DNA of 63,978 nt, counting the filler, from Trypethelium eluteriae (Eukaryota), in assembly GCA_051942245.1 (NCBI GenBank). It is 4 parts of 4 records of this genome, joined end to end, with 100 filler letters (N's around TTAATTAATTAA, not from the genome) between each part and the next. Parts side by side here need not be neighbours in the genome. Positions count along the whole stretch, not along the records: positions 50,970 to 63,978 come from JAVECL010000746.1; 3 more parts are not named here. One strand, given 5' to 3'. Below the pieces are notes generated by a model, which searched no databases, was not told where the DNA came from, and was given only the letters and a program-made list of their open reading frames with translations. Position 1 is the first letter of the stretch, and each line of letters starts with the position of its first letter. The position numbers were made by a program, and so were the translations under genes. Positions 62,188 to 63,978 of the stretch are shown piece after piece.

Positions 62188-62869
62188 GGCGGCAAATAGC
62201 GTGTTGCAGAGCGCACATTCACGACACCAAGGAAGGCCGAAGTTTATGGCAAGTTGAAATCGCACTTTCCGTGATCCTGGGATTTTCAGCGCATGGTGAG
62301 GCTGCGCAGGCTGCAAGTGGCTATCCAAGACGGATAGAGCCTAGCCTGGGATGGTTGGTGCCGTCGTGCATAAGGCTTCGGCCAGATTTTTTGGGTCCTC
62401 TGTTTTCGGGGACGAGCGGTGAACATTATCATGCACGTGGATCAAGAAATGGCATTTACACTCTTCGACATGGTGGAGACATTTGAACGGTGAGGGAGCC
62501 AAGACGGCGATGTGAGAGCCTCGCATCACTCTGTAGTCTCGGGATCAATCGACGGCGAATGAAAACCATTGAAGTGATTTCAGATTTAATTTGATGAACT
62601 GAATTTTGCACCACCTTGAGCCAGCTTCTACAAGGATCTTCTCCGTAGAGTAGATCGCCGCGGCTAGGCCACCCCGCAAGTGGACACCTAACCGTAGTCG
62701 CAGCCAGGTACAAAAAAGTGTTGGCAACGAGGTCCCCTTGTCTGCCTCAACCCATTTCGACGGCCACAACCCATTATTTATTCTCCAATTTCTCGTGTCC
62801 TCGTCCGCCGCGTTTCTCTTATCCTTACGAACACCAATTCGGGAATCTCAAAAAGCGGAAGCAGTCAAT

Positions 62870-63669
62870 ATGCCTGTGGTAAGTTTCAGTGCCCCTCTTG
62901 GAGCTTGGTCTGAGCTGACGTATGCCTCTCTCAGATTAAAGAAATTCTCTTTGACTGCGACAACACTCTCGTCCTCTCGGAGTCCCTTGCCTTCCAAGCC
63001 TGTGCCGAACTCTGCAACGAGATCCTCGAAAAGTATGGTAGGCCAGAACGCTACACTTCCCATGAGCTCCTTGCAGACTTCGTCGGCCAGAACTTCCGCG
63101 GCATGATGGTTTCCCTCCAGAAGAAATACAACTTTACCATGCCAGAAGACGAGTTCAACACCTATGTCGACCGTGAGCTTGGCGCAGTCATTCAGAAACT
63201 CGAGAAAGCCGCGGAACCATGCCCAGGTGTCATGGAGCAACTCGACCACCTCTACAAGGAGAAGAAGTATGGCCTAGCTGTCGTCAGCTCCAGCGCCCTC
63301 AGCCGTGTCCAAGCCTCCATCCGCAAGGTTAACCAGGACAAGTATTTCCCGCCGGATCACGTCTTCAGTGCTGCAACTTCGCTCGAGAAGCCCACGACCA
63401 AGCCTGACCCCGCAATTTACCTCCACGCCTGCAAGGCCATTGGTGTTCAGCCCGGCGAGTGCGTTGCCATTGAGGACAGCAAGAGCGGTGCTGGTGCTGC
63501 CAAGAACGCCAAGATCCCGCTCATTGGATACGTTGGCCCGTATATTGACGAGGGTAAGGAGAAGCAGGAGTCGATGGCCAAGCTGCTCAAGGAGGAGATG
63601 GGAGCTATCTACATCATGTATGACTGGAAGGAATTCCCCCAAGCCCTCAAGGCTGTTGAGGCCTCCTAG
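62870..63669 (+). CDS. HAD-superfamily hydrolase (subfamily IA-like)
   Basis: MPV exon, intron, then ILFDCDNTL (DxD motif I), VVSSS (II), KPDPAIY (III), VAIEDSKSG (IV); strong codon bias. Confidence 0.92.
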
Positions 63670-63978
63670 AACGCCTAGTATTACCGCGTTCGTGCAGTGC
63701 CCGAATTTTCATGGCGTACTGGTGCGAACAATCAGATTTCACATGCGATATGGACACGACTGATAGATGACGGATAATCGACACTATTTCGGTTTTACTA
63801 CGATCGTGTCATAGACGAAGACACGGGCACGAATGGTGCATTGCTCTAGAGGCTAGATAGATAATTTTCCTTCAAAAAAAATTATTGTCTCCAGTTTGAT
63901 TCCTCTCCCGCAACCTCCTTACACAATATAGACCGCACTACAGACCATATTACAAACCACACCACAAACCATGCCCAC

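Noticed and set aside
1..63978. tRNA, rRNA or snoRNA genes
   Set aside because: No cloverleaf, rRNA-like segment or convincing box C/D pair seen by eye; tRNAscan-SE and Infernal would be needed to exclude them.

Overview
Filamentous ascomycete (Pezizomycotina-type) genomic DNA with short GT-AG introns. The window is not one locus: it is four contigs joined by identical artificial 100-bp linkers (44 N + TTAATTAATTAA + 44 N), apparently ordered by decreasing length, so synteny across the gaps is meaningless. Contig 1 (1-16907): nitrate reductase (3'-truncated), a spliced Myb/SANT-like gene missed by the ORF track, BOS1, an NTF2/SnoaL-like protein, END3, a sarcosine/fructosyl-amine oxidase-family gene, a SAM methyltransferase and the start of an SDR. 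Contig 2 (17008-33896): SPP1, FRS1, PP2A A subunit, a secreted Cys-rich protein with a FOLD-effector-like cysteine pattern, an F-box/2EXR-like protein and a GH3 beta-glucosidase. Contig 3 (33997-50869) looks accessory: a HET-domain pseudogene, FMO, MFS transporter, PTH11-like membrane protein, a full-length RIP-mutated LINE with a 13-bp target-site duplication, and a hAT-like transposon end. Contig 4 (50970-end): SPT8, an Hrr1/SAD-3/ZNFX1-family RNA-silencing helicase bracketed by two copies of a ~180-bp hairpin MITE, two unknown proteins and a HAD hydrolase. The most notable items are the FOLD-like effector candidate and the hairpin MITEs flanking the RNAi helicase. All family calls are by motif recognition without database searches; intron boundaries were read by hand.
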